A stretch of DNA of 64,000 nt from SAR324 cluster bacterium REDSEA-S27_B3 (lineage in GTDB: Bacteria; SAR324; NAC60-12). Positions 1 to 9,958 of the stretch are shown here, piece after piece. The stretch spans positions 10,941 to 74,940 of the forward strand of contig LUQO01000038.1 in NCBI GenBank assembly GCA_001627865.1. The letters run 5' to 3'. A program made the position numbers and the translations under genes. The first letter of the stretch is position 1, and each line of letters opens with the position of its first letter. Under the pieces are notes generated by a model. That model had not been told where the DNA came from. It was given only the letters and a program-made list of their open reading frames with translations, and searched no databases.

Positions 1-44
1 GAACCGATGGAATCAAGATGAGAGGTTTGTGCAGTACTGATCAT
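1..44 (-). CDS. 5' end of an unidentified leftward gene (partial, runs off the window)
   Basis: ATG at 42-44 on the minus strand opens a frame MISTAQTSHLDSIG... that continues past position 1. Too short to identify. Confidence 0.25.
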   Translation of the reverse strand, partial: MISTAQTSHLDSIG

Positions 45-129
45 GTTTTTATATTTATAAAAAATTGTTCAAATGAATACGAAAAAATTCACTCAGTTTA
101 ATTAAACCGCTGTCAGCAAAAACTATTTA

Positions 130-1239
130 TTAACAATTTTTACGTGTTTGCTCGCCAAGTTTAAATCGTTTTGCTCCATCAAGATATTTCAATCCTTCTT
201 CATAGCTATCCGGAAGAATAAGAGGAACTTCTTGCGGAATGCCTGAATCATCAAGAGCAGTAAATGTGAAATAGCATACATTTGTAATCTTTGTCTCACC
301 GGTTTTTGGATGGATAACCTCAGAGACAACTTCCACCATCAAAGCTTTTTCAACTGTATAAATTACTGTTCCGGTAAATGAAATGATTGCACCGATTTCT
401 ACAGGCTTATAAAAATACATGTGATCCATGCTGACAAACTGCGGCCTTCTTTTGCAAAAAAGATAGGTGATATTCCATGCCAGCTCAAAAGCTTCACGCA
501 TTAAATATCCGCCAAAAATGTTATTGTGCACATTGCGTGACTGAGGATGCATCAGTAGAGTAGACTGCCTGATAGAGTTACGCATTGCCTCTCCTTTTAT
601 ATCTCCGTTTTTGATACATAAAAACAGATCATGCAGAACCTGGCTTTCCTCAGCAGTTGGGGTGTTCAACAGATAACTTGTCTGAGCGATTGCTCTACGC
701 TGCTGCTGCCGAAGCTCACCCTGCTGAAATCGTCGTTTCTCCTCCTTTGTGACAGGTTTCAGCGAATTTACAGTTTCAGCTTTACCTTCCCGCCGGGCTA
801 CCATTATGAAATAAGCCCTGGCTACTCTTTTCCAGTTGCGGCCTTCTTTAGAAGAAATCCGTATTCCAACTTCCAAAGAACTTCTGCCAACCCAGTTTAT
901 GCTGGCAAGAATCTGCAGATCACGGTCGCTTTGTAAGTTGCCTAATAAATCAATGCGATCACATGCCGCAGTAACTATTGTAAGACCACGTTCCCAGCCC
1001 TCAGTATGTTTGTATGCCACCTGTCCGGCAATTAAATCAAGATCTTCAAGCAGTTTGCCCAGCCGCAATCCACCAAAAAAATTTTTGTACCTCTCGCGAA
1101 GTTCCAAATCTCTGCTGAATGGCATGACCTTTTTGCAGGCAGATTCAGCTGTTTTGCGGACAGATAAAGGTATGTTCCGCGACACAGGAATTTTTTTGTT
1201 TACAGGCGGGACCTGAGCCTCAACAGGAATATCAGACAT
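130..1239 (-). CDS. acyl-CoA thioesterase/hydrolase, double hotdog-fold type
   Basis: 369-aa ORF with two hotdog-like halves (..INWVGRSSLEVGIRI.. and ..NIFGGYLMREAFELAW..FKPVEIGAIISFTGTV..), typical of the ACOT/BFIT-like acyl-CoA hydrolase family. Confidence 0.6.
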   Translation of the reverse strand: MSDIPVEAQVPPVNKKIPVSRNIPLSVRKTAESACKKVMPFSRDLELRERYKNFFGGLRLGKLLEDLDLIAGQVAYKHTEGWERGLTIVTAACDRIDLLGNLQSDRDLQILASINWVGRSSLEVGIRISSKEGRNWKRVARAYFIMVARREGKAETVNSLKPVTKEEKRRFQQGELRQQQRRAIAQTSYLLNTPTAEESQVLHDLFLCIKNGDIKGEAMRNSIRQSTLLMHPQSRNVHNNIFGGYLMREAFELAWNITYLFCKRRPQFVSMDHMYFYKPVEIGAIISFTGTVIYTVEKALMVEVVSEVIHPKTGETKITNVCYFTFTALDDSGIPQEVPLILPDSYEEGLKYLDGAKRFKLGEQTRKNC

Positions 1240-1285
1240 GATTATTTCAAGTGAAATGATTGGTGGGGAAGCTACAATTAATCAG

Positions 1286-2980
1286 TTATTTGAAACTTTT
1301 TCCGGAAATATCCATCGCGCAACGGAAACCTATTTGAAAGGAACGGGTCCATTCAGCGAATGCATATCGGTTGGCTGATCGAACTCCATCCGGAGTCCCA
1401 GCTCCATGCAATCCTCCCCATGCACCACCTCTCACAACTCTAAGGGGATATTCTTCATCAACAGGTGAATTTAAACCATTATGAAGATTTGGTTCACGAA
1501 TGTATGGGAAATAGTCTGGTGTGTAGTAGTTCCGGACCCATTCCATTACATTCCCGTACAAATCATGCACTCCCCACCAATTCGATTGTTTGCCGGACAC
1601 CTTTTTTGCGCCCCATGAGCCTTTATCAACAGTATTTGATTTTATCCAGGCATAGTTTTCAAGCAATGAAAGATTGTCGCCAAAACTGTATTCACCAGCA
1701 CTTCCTGCTCTTGCAGCATATTCCCACTCAGCTTCTGTCGGCAAACGCTTGTTTTGTGATTTACAGTATGCATCCGCATTTTTCCAGTCAACATACACTA
1801 CTGGCTGCAGAGGATCAAAAGTGTCAAAACCACCACTGCCTCTTTCACATTCTATACACTTGCTGTAAGCCTCGTTGGTCACTTCATGCTGATCAAGATA
1901 AAAGCTTTCAATGTATACCAGATGATCTGGAAGTTCATCTTCATCACCTTGATAACTTCCCATCAAAAATTCACCTTCAGAAATGAGCACCATTCCTTCT
2001 GGTACCAGTGGTACTTCTTCCTTATCTTTTTCCAATAACACTGCAGGGGATAATTCGGACATGTCCTCTTTTTCTAATTCTGTTTTCTGTTCCAAAGCAT
2101 GGTGTCTTGCAACCTCAGTTTTTACTGCAGGTGTTTCAGTTAATAATTCTGCCTCATCTTTTTCAATTTCCTGTTCCATCTCCAAAGCATGGTGTCTTGC
2201 AACATTGGTTTTTGTTGCAGGTGTTTCAGTTAATAATTCTACTTTATATTTTTCCGACTCCTGTTCCAAAGCATGGTGTCTGGCAGATTGTGGAATAGTG
2301 GGTGAGGGTGGAATCTGAGGCGCATAATTAAGCGTGTAATCTAGTGCCTCAGTCTCACTACTTTCAGGAACCTCATTCAATTGACTGTATTCTTGCAGGC
2401 CAACTTCAGCTTCTCTTTCACTCTCAACAAATGTCTGCCATAATAAGTCCCCACTTTGTATCTCAAATAGTTTTAAATGCAGTGTGAGCAAACCATCAGC
2501 TGAAAGGTGGGTACCGGTGAGCAACCAGTCTGCATTTGTCAGGTTCGCAATGTCTTCAGCAAGGGGGTCATCCTTAATTTCCGGAAATGTGCTTTTCCAT
2601 TCCAATCTCAAATATACAATTTCGAAATACGGAATTACTTGAAGAGGCAGTTTTTTATAAAGCATCTCGGTGAGATTTTCTTCCAGTGAATCCGTTATAG
2701 AGTCACGCTCCCAGGTGATTCCATTTAAAAGATCAACCACAGTCACGATTACACTTTTTTCGTTTTCAAGTACTTTTGCGGCAATTACTTCAGCTGTATC
2801 TTCAAGTTTAGCATTAAATGCTGGAGCAGTTTCATCAACTGGTGTAATGGCAAAAATGCTTTCCGGAAGGGCGAGTTGCAGAAAAAAAAATGATAAAATT
2901 AAGACACACAGCTTTGAGTGACAGGATGAACTGTTAAACCTGTATACCCTGCTGTTGATCTCATTTCTATTTGGAAACAT
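1286..2980 (-). CDS. secreted formylglycine-generating-enzyme (FGE/SUMF1) domain protein with internal tandem repeats
   Basis: C-terminal FGE-sulfatase signature (..FYLDQHEVTNEAY.., ..WEYAARAG.., ..GNVMEWV.., ..RVVRGGAWG..). Start moved to the ATG at 2980 (MFPNRNE...), which precedes a hydrophobic signal-like segment and avoids overlap with the gltX 3' end. Confidence 0.75.
   Translation of the reverse strand: MFPNRNEINSRVYRFNSSSCHSKLCVLILSFFFLQLALPESIFAITPVDETAPAFNAKLEDTAEVIAAKVLENEKSVIVTVVDLLNGITWERDSITDSLEENLTEMLYKKLPLQVIPYFEIVYLRLEWKSTFPEIKDDPLAEDIANLTNADWLLTGTHLSADGLLTLHLKLFEIQSGDLLWQTFVESEREAEVGLQEYSQLNEVPESSETEALDYTLNYAPQIPPSPTIPQSARHHALEQESEKYKVELLTETPATKTNVARHHALEMEQEIEKDEAELLTETPAVKTEVARHHALEQKTELEKEDMSELSPAVLLEKDKEEVPLVPEGMVLISEGEFLMGSYQGDEDELPDHLVYIESFYLDQHEVTNEAYSKCIECERGSGGFDTFDPLQPVVYVDWKNADAYCKSQNKRLPTEAEWEYAARAGSAGEYSFGDNLSLLENYAWIKSNTVDKGSWGAKKVSGKQSNWWGVHDLYGNVMEWVRNYYTPDYFPYIREPNLHNGLNSPVDEEYPLRVVRGGAWGGLHGAGTPDGVRSANRYAFAEWTRSFQIGFRCAMDISGKSFK
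2092..2290. repeat. in-frame tandem repeat (90 nt + 84 nt + partial third copy) inside the FGE-domain gene
   Basis: ccaaagcatggtgtcttgcaac... recurs at 2092, 2182 and 2266. It encodes ARHHALE(Q/M)E..EK..ELLTETPA.KT.V units. Confidence 0.85.
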
Positions 2981-3015
2981 CTGCTGAATCCTCAGTGTTT
3001 TGTCTTTGGGATCAC

Positions 3016-4452
3016 TTAAATTTCCAGAGCACGTTGCACAAGATGCATGCATCTTTCTTTACCAAAAAAGTCTATGATCAGCTTTAAATCAGGTCCTTCT
3101 TTTTCAAGTGTAATGGCGTACCTCAAAGGCATCCACAAATTTTTTCCTTTAATGTTTGTCTCATTCTGTACATTTTTCATCAGCTCACCAAAATTATCCA
3201 TTGTCAGGCTTTGAACGGATTCTACTTGCTTTAAAAAATTAGCAAGAACTTGCTTTGTATTTTCCTCACGCAAGACTCTTAAAACTTCAGCATCTGATGC
3301 TTCCGGATTGTCCTCAAAAAAAAATGAAAGACGGTTTTCAATATCTGACAGAGTTACCAGACGAGGCTGCAGTATTTTAACAATTTTCCTGAACAATGAA
3401 GGGGCCTCTCCGGCATAAGGTGTTTTATTAATAAATGGTTTTAACCGCTGCTGTAAATCATCCAATTCCAGCTTTTGAATATATTGCTGATTCATCCAGT
3501 TCAGTTTTTCCAGGTCAAAAACAGCTCCGGATTTATTAACACGTTCAAAGCTGAATTCTTCTACCAGTTCCGGGAGTGTAAACAGTTCCCGCTCCTCTTT
3601 GGGAGACCAGCCAAGCAATGCGATAAAATTAATCAATGATTCCGGAAGATATCCTTTTTCCCGGAAGTCTTCCACGGCAACATCTCCTTGCCGTTTACTG
3701 AGTTTTGATCGATCAGGGTTCAGGATCAAAGGCAAGTGTGCGAATTGAGGAGGATTCCAGCCAAAATAACGGTAAAGCAAAAGATGCTTCGGAAATGAAG
3801 GAAGCCACTCTTCTCCGCGTACAACATGAGTAATTTCCATCAAATGATCGTCAACTACAACTGCGAGGTGATAGGTTGGGAATCCGTCACTTTTGACTAT
3901 AACCTGGTCTTCTGATTGTCCGGTTTCAATGGAGACACTACCACGGATTAAATCATTGAGCACTATAGATTCCGACACTTCCGGAATTTTCATGCGGATT
4001 ACATGGACTTCGCCGGAATCAATCCGCCGTGCAGATTCATCTTTTGACAGATTTCTGCAGAATCCGTCATAACGTGGGGTTTCTCCTTTGGCGTGTTGTT
4101 CGTCTCGTAATTTTTCAAGACGTTCAGCAGTGCAAAAACAAGGATATGCATTCCCTTGATCAAGCAGCTTCCCAGCATATTGATTGTAAATTTCCAGGCG
4201 TTCAGACTGTCGGTACGGAGCCATTTCTCCTCCTAGATGTGGACCTTCGTCAATATCAATTCCTGCCCATTCAAGCATTCTGATTAATTCATTTTCTGCT
4301 CCTGAAACAGCTCTTTTCTGATCAGTGTCTTCTAAACGAAAAACAAATTTTCCGTGGTTTTTACGAACGTAAAGCCAGCAAAAAAGAGCAGTTCGCAAAC
4401 CACCTACATGTAAAAATCCGGTAGGACTTGGTGCAAAGCGAAGACGAACCAT
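3016..4452 (-). CDS. gltX: glutamate--tRNA ligase
   Basis: N-terminus VRLRFAPSPTGFLHVGGLRTALF (HIGH-type class I motif) and KLSKRQG (KMSKS-type). The ORF opens TTG-ATG, so I take the ATG at 4452. Confidence 0.9.
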   Translation of the reverse strand: MVRLRFAPSPTGFLHVGGLRTALFCWLYVRKNHGKFVFRLEDTDQKRAVSGAENELIRMLEWAGIDIDEGPHLGGEMAPYRQSERLEIYNQYAGKLLDQGNAYPCFCTAERLEKLRDEQHAKGETPRYDGFCRNLSKDESARRIDSGEVHVIRMKIPEVSESIVLNDLIRGSVSIETGQSEDQVIVKSDGFPTYHLAVVVDDHLMEITHVVRGEEWLPSFPKHLLLYRYFGWNPPQFAHLPLILNPDRSKLSKRQGDVAVEDFREKGYLPESLINFIALLGWSPKEERELFTLPELVEEFSFERVNKSGAVFDLEKLNWMNQQYIQKLELDDLQQRLKPFINKTPYAGEAPSLFRKIVKILQPRLVTLSDIENRLSFFFEDNPEASDAEVLRVLREENTKQVLANFLKQVESVQSLTMDNFGELMKNVQNETNIKGKNLWMPLRYAITLEKEGPDLKLIIDFFGKERCMHLVQRALEI

Positions 4453-4505
4453 CAATTATTGATATAAGGGGAATTTTGAATTAGGAATCCACAGTTTAAG
4501 ATTAT

Positions 4506-5609
4506 TCACTTATTCTCAAACCGACGCATTCTGATGTTAAGCAACAGGCCGATTCCAAACATCATGGAGAGCATGGATGAACCTCCGTAACTGAAAAATG
4601 GAAGCGGTACGCCCACTACCGGCATTAAACCTGTCGTCATGCCGATATTGATTAAAACATGTGAAATGATTATTGCAACAATACCTGTAATTTGAATAGC
4701 ACTAACACGATTTTTAGATTTCAGCACATCTGCCAGGGACCACAATGCCAGAGTTAAAAACAAAATCAGCACCAGCATTGCGCCAATAAACCCCCATTCT
4801 TCAGAAAAAACTGAAAAAATAAAATCGGTGTGGTGCGCGGGTAAAAAGTTCAGCTGACCCTGAGTGCCCTCACCAAAACCTTTACCAAATATTCTTCCGC
4901 TGCCAATCGCGATTTTAGACTGAATAATATGATATCCGGAGCCTAAAGGATCACGTTCCGGATTTAGAAAGGTCAGGATACGACCTTTTTGATAAGGTTT
5001 GAGTACATAGATCCATAAGATTGGGAGAGAAGCCAGTGTCAGGATTCCTAGTGTGATAATAGTTTTGAAACGAATACCCATTAAAAAAATTATTGGAATG
5101 AATACAATCAACAGCAGCATTGCTGTCCCTAAATCAGGCTGCTTGATAATCAGTACTACTGGAACAGCCATCAAGATAAGCGGCCAGATCATCCAAAGCC
5201 AGTTACCCTTTGGTCTTTCAAATTCACGGAAATGATGAGACAGCGCAAGGACTAATGTAAACTTGCTGAATTCTGAAGGCTGAAAAAAGAAAGGTCCGAG
5301 CTTAAGCCAGCGTTGAACAGGCGCACCAGGTCCTCCGGTGCCATAAAACAACACCAGAATCAGCAGCCCAATTACAACCAAATGCATTACAAAACCTAAT
5401 CGTGCCCAGTTCCGATAATGGATAAACTGGGTCAAAATAATTACCCCAATGCCTGCAATAATACGATAGACCTGATGCATTAAATACTTTTCCTGACCGG
5501 GAGTCCCCAATGTCGCTGATGATAGCGCAATCAGTCCTATTCCTGAAATCAGCAGAACCAGGAAACACAGAGTCCAATCTATGTTGACAAGCATCCTTCG
5601 ATCAAGCAT
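4506..5609 (-). CDS. rodA: SEDS-family peptidoglycan polymerase, RodA-like
   Basis: 367 aa, about 10 TM segments, with the conserved SEDS C-terminal block (..LPAHHTDFIFSV.., ..PFFSYGGSSMLS..). Length fits RodA better than FtsW. Confidence 0.7.
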   Translation of the reverse strand: MLDRRMLVNIDWTLCFLVLLISGIGLIALSSATLGTPGQEKYLMHQVYRIIAGIGVIILTQFIHYRNWARLGFVMHLVVIGLLILVLFYGTGGPGAPVQRWLKLGPFFFQPSEFSKFTLVLALSHHFREFERPKGNWLWMIWPLILMAVPVVLIIKQPDLGTAMLLLIVFIPIIFLMGIRFKTIITLGILTLASLPILWIYVLKPYQKGRILTFLNPERDPLGSGYHIIQSKIAIGSGRIFGKGFGEGTQGQLNFLPAHHTDFIFSVFSEEWGFIGAMLVLILFLTLALWSLADVLKSKNRVSAIQITGIVAIIISHVLINIGMTTGLMPVVGVPLPFFSYGGSSMLSMMFGIGLLLNIRMRRFENK

Positions 5610-5623
5610 TTAAAACTTTGTTT

Positions 5624-7435
5624 TTATTCCCAGCCAAAAGTGGCCGGAGGTTTGTGAGTAATATCGTAAAAAACAGTTTCAATTCTGGAAATTTCAAGTA
5701 AAGATTCTACCAAATGATCAAGCAATTTCCAATCAATACGCGCGAATTGAGCAGTCATTACATCTTCAGAAACTACAGGACGCAGCACCAGACTTTCGTC
5801 TATTCCGTTTTTGGAAACAGGCAGTAAAATTACAAGCAACTGGAAAATCTCGCGCATCAAACCATGTTTTTCCAGCATTTGAGTTGCCATATAATCAGCT
5901 TCTCTCAGCAAATCCAGTCGATTTTTGCTGCAAAAAGCTTTTTGTATTTGAAAATGAGTATCAAACTCATCATTGTTTGAACTTAATTGCACAACTACTC
6001 GGTTAACATTTCTGACTTCATTTGTTAACCGAGTTGCCTGATTTTCCAGCCAATCCCAATCACGAGGAGTATTTAACAGAACAGCAGGTAAGGTATATGT
6101 TCTTTGATCACCCTGCACCCCAACTGAACGCACCGGAAGAATCAGGTGATCACACTCACTGTCCTCCAGACAAATTCCTACTTCTTCAGAGGTTTTTTCC
6201 AATTCCTCAAATAACTCATTCCCGCTGGCACAAAGCACATTAATTGAAAGTCCTGGTCCTGGAAACGGATGCCTCCAGACAATTGAATCCGGCAAGCCTA
6301 ACAAAGTTCCTACCTGCCTGACCTCATCTTTATAAAGGTCTTTGAGAGGTTCCACCACATGTCCGGAACTGACTAAATCTATAACCTCCTGAACACGATT
6401 GTGATGAGATTTGATGACTTCTGCGTGTTCTGTTCCTCCTGATTCAATTATGTCAGGATAGAGGGTGCCTTGACCGAGCATCCAGTCCTGTGCGTCTAAG
6501 TTAAGTTCATTCAGGAACTTATCTCGCATCTTAATAAAAGTTGCTCCAATTTTTTGTCTTTTAATCTGAGGATCCACCAGATCTGAAACTGCATCTAAAA
6601 AAAATGAACTGTAATCTCGGGATTGTATATTTGTATAGCCAAGTTGCGAATAACGATTGAGTATTTCTTCACTTTCATGTTTTCGCATAAATCCATTGTT
6701 GATATACAGTCCCAGCATTTTATCCTGACCAACTGCTTTGTTTAACAAGGCAAAGGCTACCGACGAATCAACACCTCCGCTCAGAAACATCAGGACTTTC
6801 CTGTCTCCTACTTCATGTTTTAAGCGACTGGTAGTTTCCTCAATAAATGATTCCATAGACCATCTTGAGCGAACATCGCATGCATTAACAAAATTTTCCA
6901 GCATCGTCCTGCCCAGGGAAGTGTCTGTTACTTCAGGATGAAATTGAAGTGTATAAATGGGACGCTTGCTGTGTTTCAAAGCGGCCACACAACCATTATC
7001 AGTTTCTCCGGTCACATCAAATTCTTCAGGGCATTTTGTGATACTGTCCTGGTGACTCATCCATACCTGGTTTGGAAACGACACATTTTCCCACAGGGGG
7101 GAATCTGAAATATGTTTCAAAATTGCTTTACCGAACTCACCTTTGCCTATATTTGAAATTGAACCACCAAATGCCTGCGCAATTAATTGATGTCCATAAC
7201 ACAATCCGAGAATTGGAAGTTCAAGCTCCAATATCTTTGAATTAAACTTTGGTACATTTGAGGAATAAACGGATGCTGGCCCTCCGGAAAGAACAATACC
7301 CTTGGCCCCCTGGAGTAAATTTTCCTTTGATGAGGGAGAAAAAATTCTGGTATATGCCCCAATATGACGAATTCTATTTGCAATCAGGTGGGCATATTGA
7401 CTTCCAAAATCCAGAACAGCGATGAAGTCATGCAT
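5624..7435 (-). CDS. guaA: GMP synthase (glutamine-hydrolysing), long form
   Basis: N-terminal class-I GATase (LGLCYGHQL), ATP-PPase P-loop (FLSGGVDSSV), C-terminal ..HKPPATFGWE. At 603 aa it has extra sequence in the dimerisation region. Confidence 0.85.
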   Translation of the reverse strand: MHDFIAVLDFGSQYAHLIANRIRHIGAYTRIFSPSSKENLLQGAKGIVLSGGPASVYSSNVPKFNSKILELELPILGLCYGHQLIAQAFGGSISNIGKGEFGKAILKHISDSPLWENVSFPNQVWMSHQDSITKCPEEFDVTGETDNGCVAALKHSKRPIYTLQFHPEVTDTSLGRTMLENFVNACDVRSRWSMESFIEETTSRLKHEVGDRKVLMFLSGGVDSSVAFALLNKAVGQDKMLGLYINNGFMRKHESEEILNRYSQLGYTNIQSRDYSSFFLDAVSDLVDPQIKRQKIGATFIKMRDKFLNELNLDAQDWMLGQGTLYPDIIESGGTEHAEVIKSHHNRVQEVIDLVSSGHVVEPLKDLYKDEVRQVGTLLGLPDSIVWRHPFPGPGLSINVLCASGNELFEELEKTSEEVGICLEDSECDHLILPVRSVGVQGDQRTYTLPAVLLNTPRDWDWLENQATRLTNEVRNVNRVVVQLSSNNDEFDTHFQIQKAFCSKNRLDLLREADYMATQMLEKHGLMREIFQLLVILLPVSKNGIDESLVLRPVVSEDVMTAQFARIDWKLLDHLVESLLEISRIETVFYDITHKPPATFGWE

Positions 7436-7523
7436 TGCATTTCCTTTCAGAGCAAGATAATCTATACTATTGCTGACACTAGCAGTATGCTAAAATTTGC
7501 ACAATCTCACAAGAAACATTCAC

Positions 7524-7988
7524 ATGTTTGGAATCGGCCTTCCTGAAATGATAATTATTGCTGTTGTAGCACTTGTTTTTATCGGCCCTGATAAACTTCC
7601 TGGAGTATTGCGTTCTATCGGGAAAGGCCTGGTGGAGCTAAAACGTGCAACAAGTGATGTTCGCTCAACTGTACAGGAAGAAATGCATAAAATTGAAGAG
7701 GAGATTGAACTCAAGGAAGTAAGGGAATCTGCACAGGATTTCAAAAATGAGCTTGGTGGAGTAGCAAATAAGATTGATCCGCTTACACTTTCAAAAATAA
7801 CATCTGAAGATGAGAAGGACGATATTTATAATTCATCAGATGTACCAGAAGAAGATAAAAATCAATCAGAACAGTTAGCTAAAGACGATACTGACTCATC
7901 CACAGAAAATTCAGTAGAAACTGATGAAACTACATCTTTTGCAAAATACTCTGGATCTTTTACAAATCCCAGAGCAGAAAAATCCTGA
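7524..7988 (+). CDS. tatB: twin-arginine translocase subunit, TatB-like
   Basis: MFGIGLPEMIIIAVVALVFIGPDKLP (TatA/B N-terminal TM plus GP..LP hinge), amphipathic helix, long acidic tail. Start set at the ATG at 7524. Confidence 0.7.
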   Translation: MFGIGLPEMIIIAVVALVFIGPDKLPGVLRSIGKGLVELKRATSDVRSTVQEEMHKIEEEIELKEVRESAQDFKNELGGVANKIDPLTLSKITSEDEKDDIYNSSDVPEEDKNQSEQLAKDDTDSSTENSVETDETTSFAKYSGSFTNPRAEKS

Positions 7989-8160
7989 AGTATGTACAGA
8001 CAATTTGATTTTATACATGTAACTATTACAGGAAATTTTTACTTTGCTAACATTATAAATTATGCTACCTTTGTGCGTAAAAGTTTAGCGATGTAGCGAG
8101 TTCTAAAAACTTGACACAGATTTTTAAACTCAAATAATTAAAAATACAATAAGAGGAGAT

Positions 8161-8415
8161 ATGGACAGTCAGGAAGATTTGGTGAGTGAATTCCAGGCCT
8201 CAGTTGAGGAAGATTTAAAGAAACGTAAACGAAGTATTGATAATGGTGAAGCCCTGGACAAAGAGATACTCCAGCGTATGGATGAAAAGGAAATAGGTGT
8301 TACACTGGGAACTGACCATCACGTAGGTGTTTTAATGCTTGGACTTGCTACTGTTTTCACCCTGTTTGCATTGTATATGATTTTTGGAGTAAGTCCTGAC
8401 CGGTATGTAGGATAA
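8161..8415 (+). CDS. hypothetical small tail-anchored membrane protein
   Basis: Strong SD (aagaggag) 5 nt upstream of the ATG. 84 aa, acidic N-terminal part, single C-terminal TM (VGVLMLGLATVFTLFALYMIF). Confidence 0.5.
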   Translation: MDSQEDLVSEFQASVEEDLKKRKRSIDNGEALDKEILQRMDEKEIGVTLGTDHHVGVLMLGLATVFTLFALYMIFGVSPDRYVG

Positions 8416-8469
8416 CAACATTAAGAATCCTTTTTTCTGTTAACTGTCAGAACAGCTAATCCCCCCCTT

Positions 8470-9228
8470 TTAATGCTTAATTATGTCCTCCATCAGTTTT
8501 TCTGCATGGGCTAAATCCTGAGGTACATCTACGCCCACCCCTTCATTTTCTGCTTCTACACAAAGCAAAGTTTCACCGTTTTCCAGAATTCTCAATTGTT
8601 CCAATTGCTCCGTTTGTTCCAGAAATGAACGGGGCCAATGATTGTACTCAAGTAGGAAATCTCGCTGGAAAAAATATACTCCTAGGTGACGCCAGATTTT
8701 GAAGTCAGGCGAATTCGAGGAACGAGGATGTGGTATCAAGGAACGTGAAAAATATAATGCCTGTTTATTATGATTAACTGTAACTTTTACCACATTAGGA
8801 TCATTTAACTGTGATTCATCATTGATTTGAAAAATCAAAGTCGCAGCTTTCGTTCCTTTGGTATTTTTTGCCAGATTTATCAGACGTTCCAGATCAGAAG
8901 GCAGAATCATTGGCTCATCACCCTGGATGTTCAATATCCATCCGCAGGGAAGCCCGGAAACAGCCTCCACAATGCGGTCTGTTCCAGTTTGATGTTCAGT
9001 GCTTGTAAGTACTCCTTCTCCTCCAAAATCCTTCACAGTGTTAAGGATACGTTCATCATCTGTTGCAACCAATACCTGATCAATTGATGGTGTTTGTTTC
9101 GCACGTTCCCAGACATGCTGAATCATCGGTTTACCTGCAATCACTGCTAAAGGTTTTCCGGGGAATCTAGTTGATGAATAACGGGCGGGAATGATCGCGA
9201 TTATTTTTTGTGAGGATGGAACATACAT
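8470..9228 (-). CDS. kdsB: 3-deoxy-manno-octulosonate cytidylyltransferase (CMP-KDO synthetase)
   Basis: IAIIPARYSSTRFPGKPL.. N-terminal motif, ..NIQGDEP.. and overall KdsB length (252 aa). Confidence 0.85.
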   Translation of the reverse strand: MYVPSSQKIIAIIPARYSSTRFPGKPLAVIAGKPMIQHVWERAKQTPSIDQVLVATDDERILNTVKDFGGEGVLTSTEHQTGTDRIVEAVSGLPCGWILNIQGDEPMILPSDLERLINLAKNTKGTKAATLIFQINDESQLNDPNVVKVTVNHNKQALYFSRSLIPHPRSSNSPDFKIWRHLGVYFFQRDFLLEYNHWPRSFLEQTEQLEQLRILENGETLLCVEAENEGVGVDVPQDLAHAEKLMEDIIKH

Positions 9229-9257
9229 TTAGATCTTCTACATTAAACGGGAAATAA

Positions 9258-9908
9258 TCATTTTTTTATGATCATAAAAACATGTTCCAACAGACTGTCC
9301 AAACCTTTATTACGAAAACGTTCATCAAGGATTTCACTGGACTCCAGAAGCTCCAAAGTTCCATAAGGAGTAAATAGTTTTTCTATTTCTTCAGAAGGAA
9401 CACTATATGGCGGACCATCCATCCTCTTTTGTTCGTACTCCAGAGTGATGAGTAAAATACGTCCACCTGGCTCAAGAAATGAAATAAGGTGATCCACATA
9501 TTTGTTTCTTTCAGCCTTTTGCAGTGATACTATCGACGCTCGGTCATAGATTGCTTTGAAAGTTGAGGTTTGCTCAAGCTTTAATTCAAAGAAGTCTCCT
9601 TGAAAAATGTCAATGGATTTGCTGCTGAACAGTTCAAATTTATCAATTTGATGAATTGAATTTGTTATATTATTTTCAGCAAAAAAATCCTGTACTGCCT
9701 TGCCAACTAATTCAACCCCCAGTACTTTATTCGTTTTGCTAGCCAGCCAGCATAAATCTAATGATTTTCCGCAAAATGGAACAAATACTCTTTCCGGACT
9801 TTCAAACAATAGTTCATCAGAATATTGGACCAAAATGGGATTTACTTCCTGAAGATGGAAACCAATATGGCCATCCTGCCAGCGTGATTCCCATTGATTC
9901 ATAAGCAT
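9258..9908 (-). CDS. tpm: thiopurine S-methyltransferase family (TPMT) SAM-dependent methyltransferase
   Basis: W..RWQDG..GFH.. and ..VFVPFCGKSLDLCWLA..VLGVELV..AV..FF, characteristic of TPMT-family proteins. Confidence 0.7.
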   Translation of the reverse strand: MLMNQWESRWQDGHIGFHLQEVNPILVQYSDELLFESPERVFVPFCGKSLDLCWLASKTNKVLGVELVGKAVQDFFAENNITNSIHQIDKFELFSSKSIDIFQGDFFELKLEQTSTFKAIYDRASIVSLQKAERNKYVDHLISFLEPGGRILLITLEYEQKRMDGPPYSVPSEEIEKLFTPYGTLELLESSEILDERFRNKGLDSLLEHVFMIIKK

Positions 9909-9958
9909 GTATTAAGTAAAAAAAGTAAATGTTTAAATTCCCATTTCACTTCGTAGAT

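Noticed and set aside
1465-1986. Long antisense ORFs inside well-supported genes. Examples: 1465..1986(+), 836..1216(+), 17681..18142(-), 19190..19678(-), 31838..32347(+), 59740..60243(+), 15384..15749(-).
   Set aside because: Each lies fully within, and opposite to, a gene with clear family motifs. Their translations are low-complexity or unusual in composition with no motifs. They are typical shadow ORFs.
2981-3052. Upstream extensions of ORFs that overlap neighbouring genes: 3052 start of the FGE gene, 22177 start of the aminotransferase, 25719 TTG start of hisA, 33779 GTG start of the GS-like gene, 45932 start of the MORN gene.
   Set aside because: In each case a downstream ATG gives a canonical N-terminus (signal peptide or conserved family start) and removes the overlap. 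The extensions have no family support.
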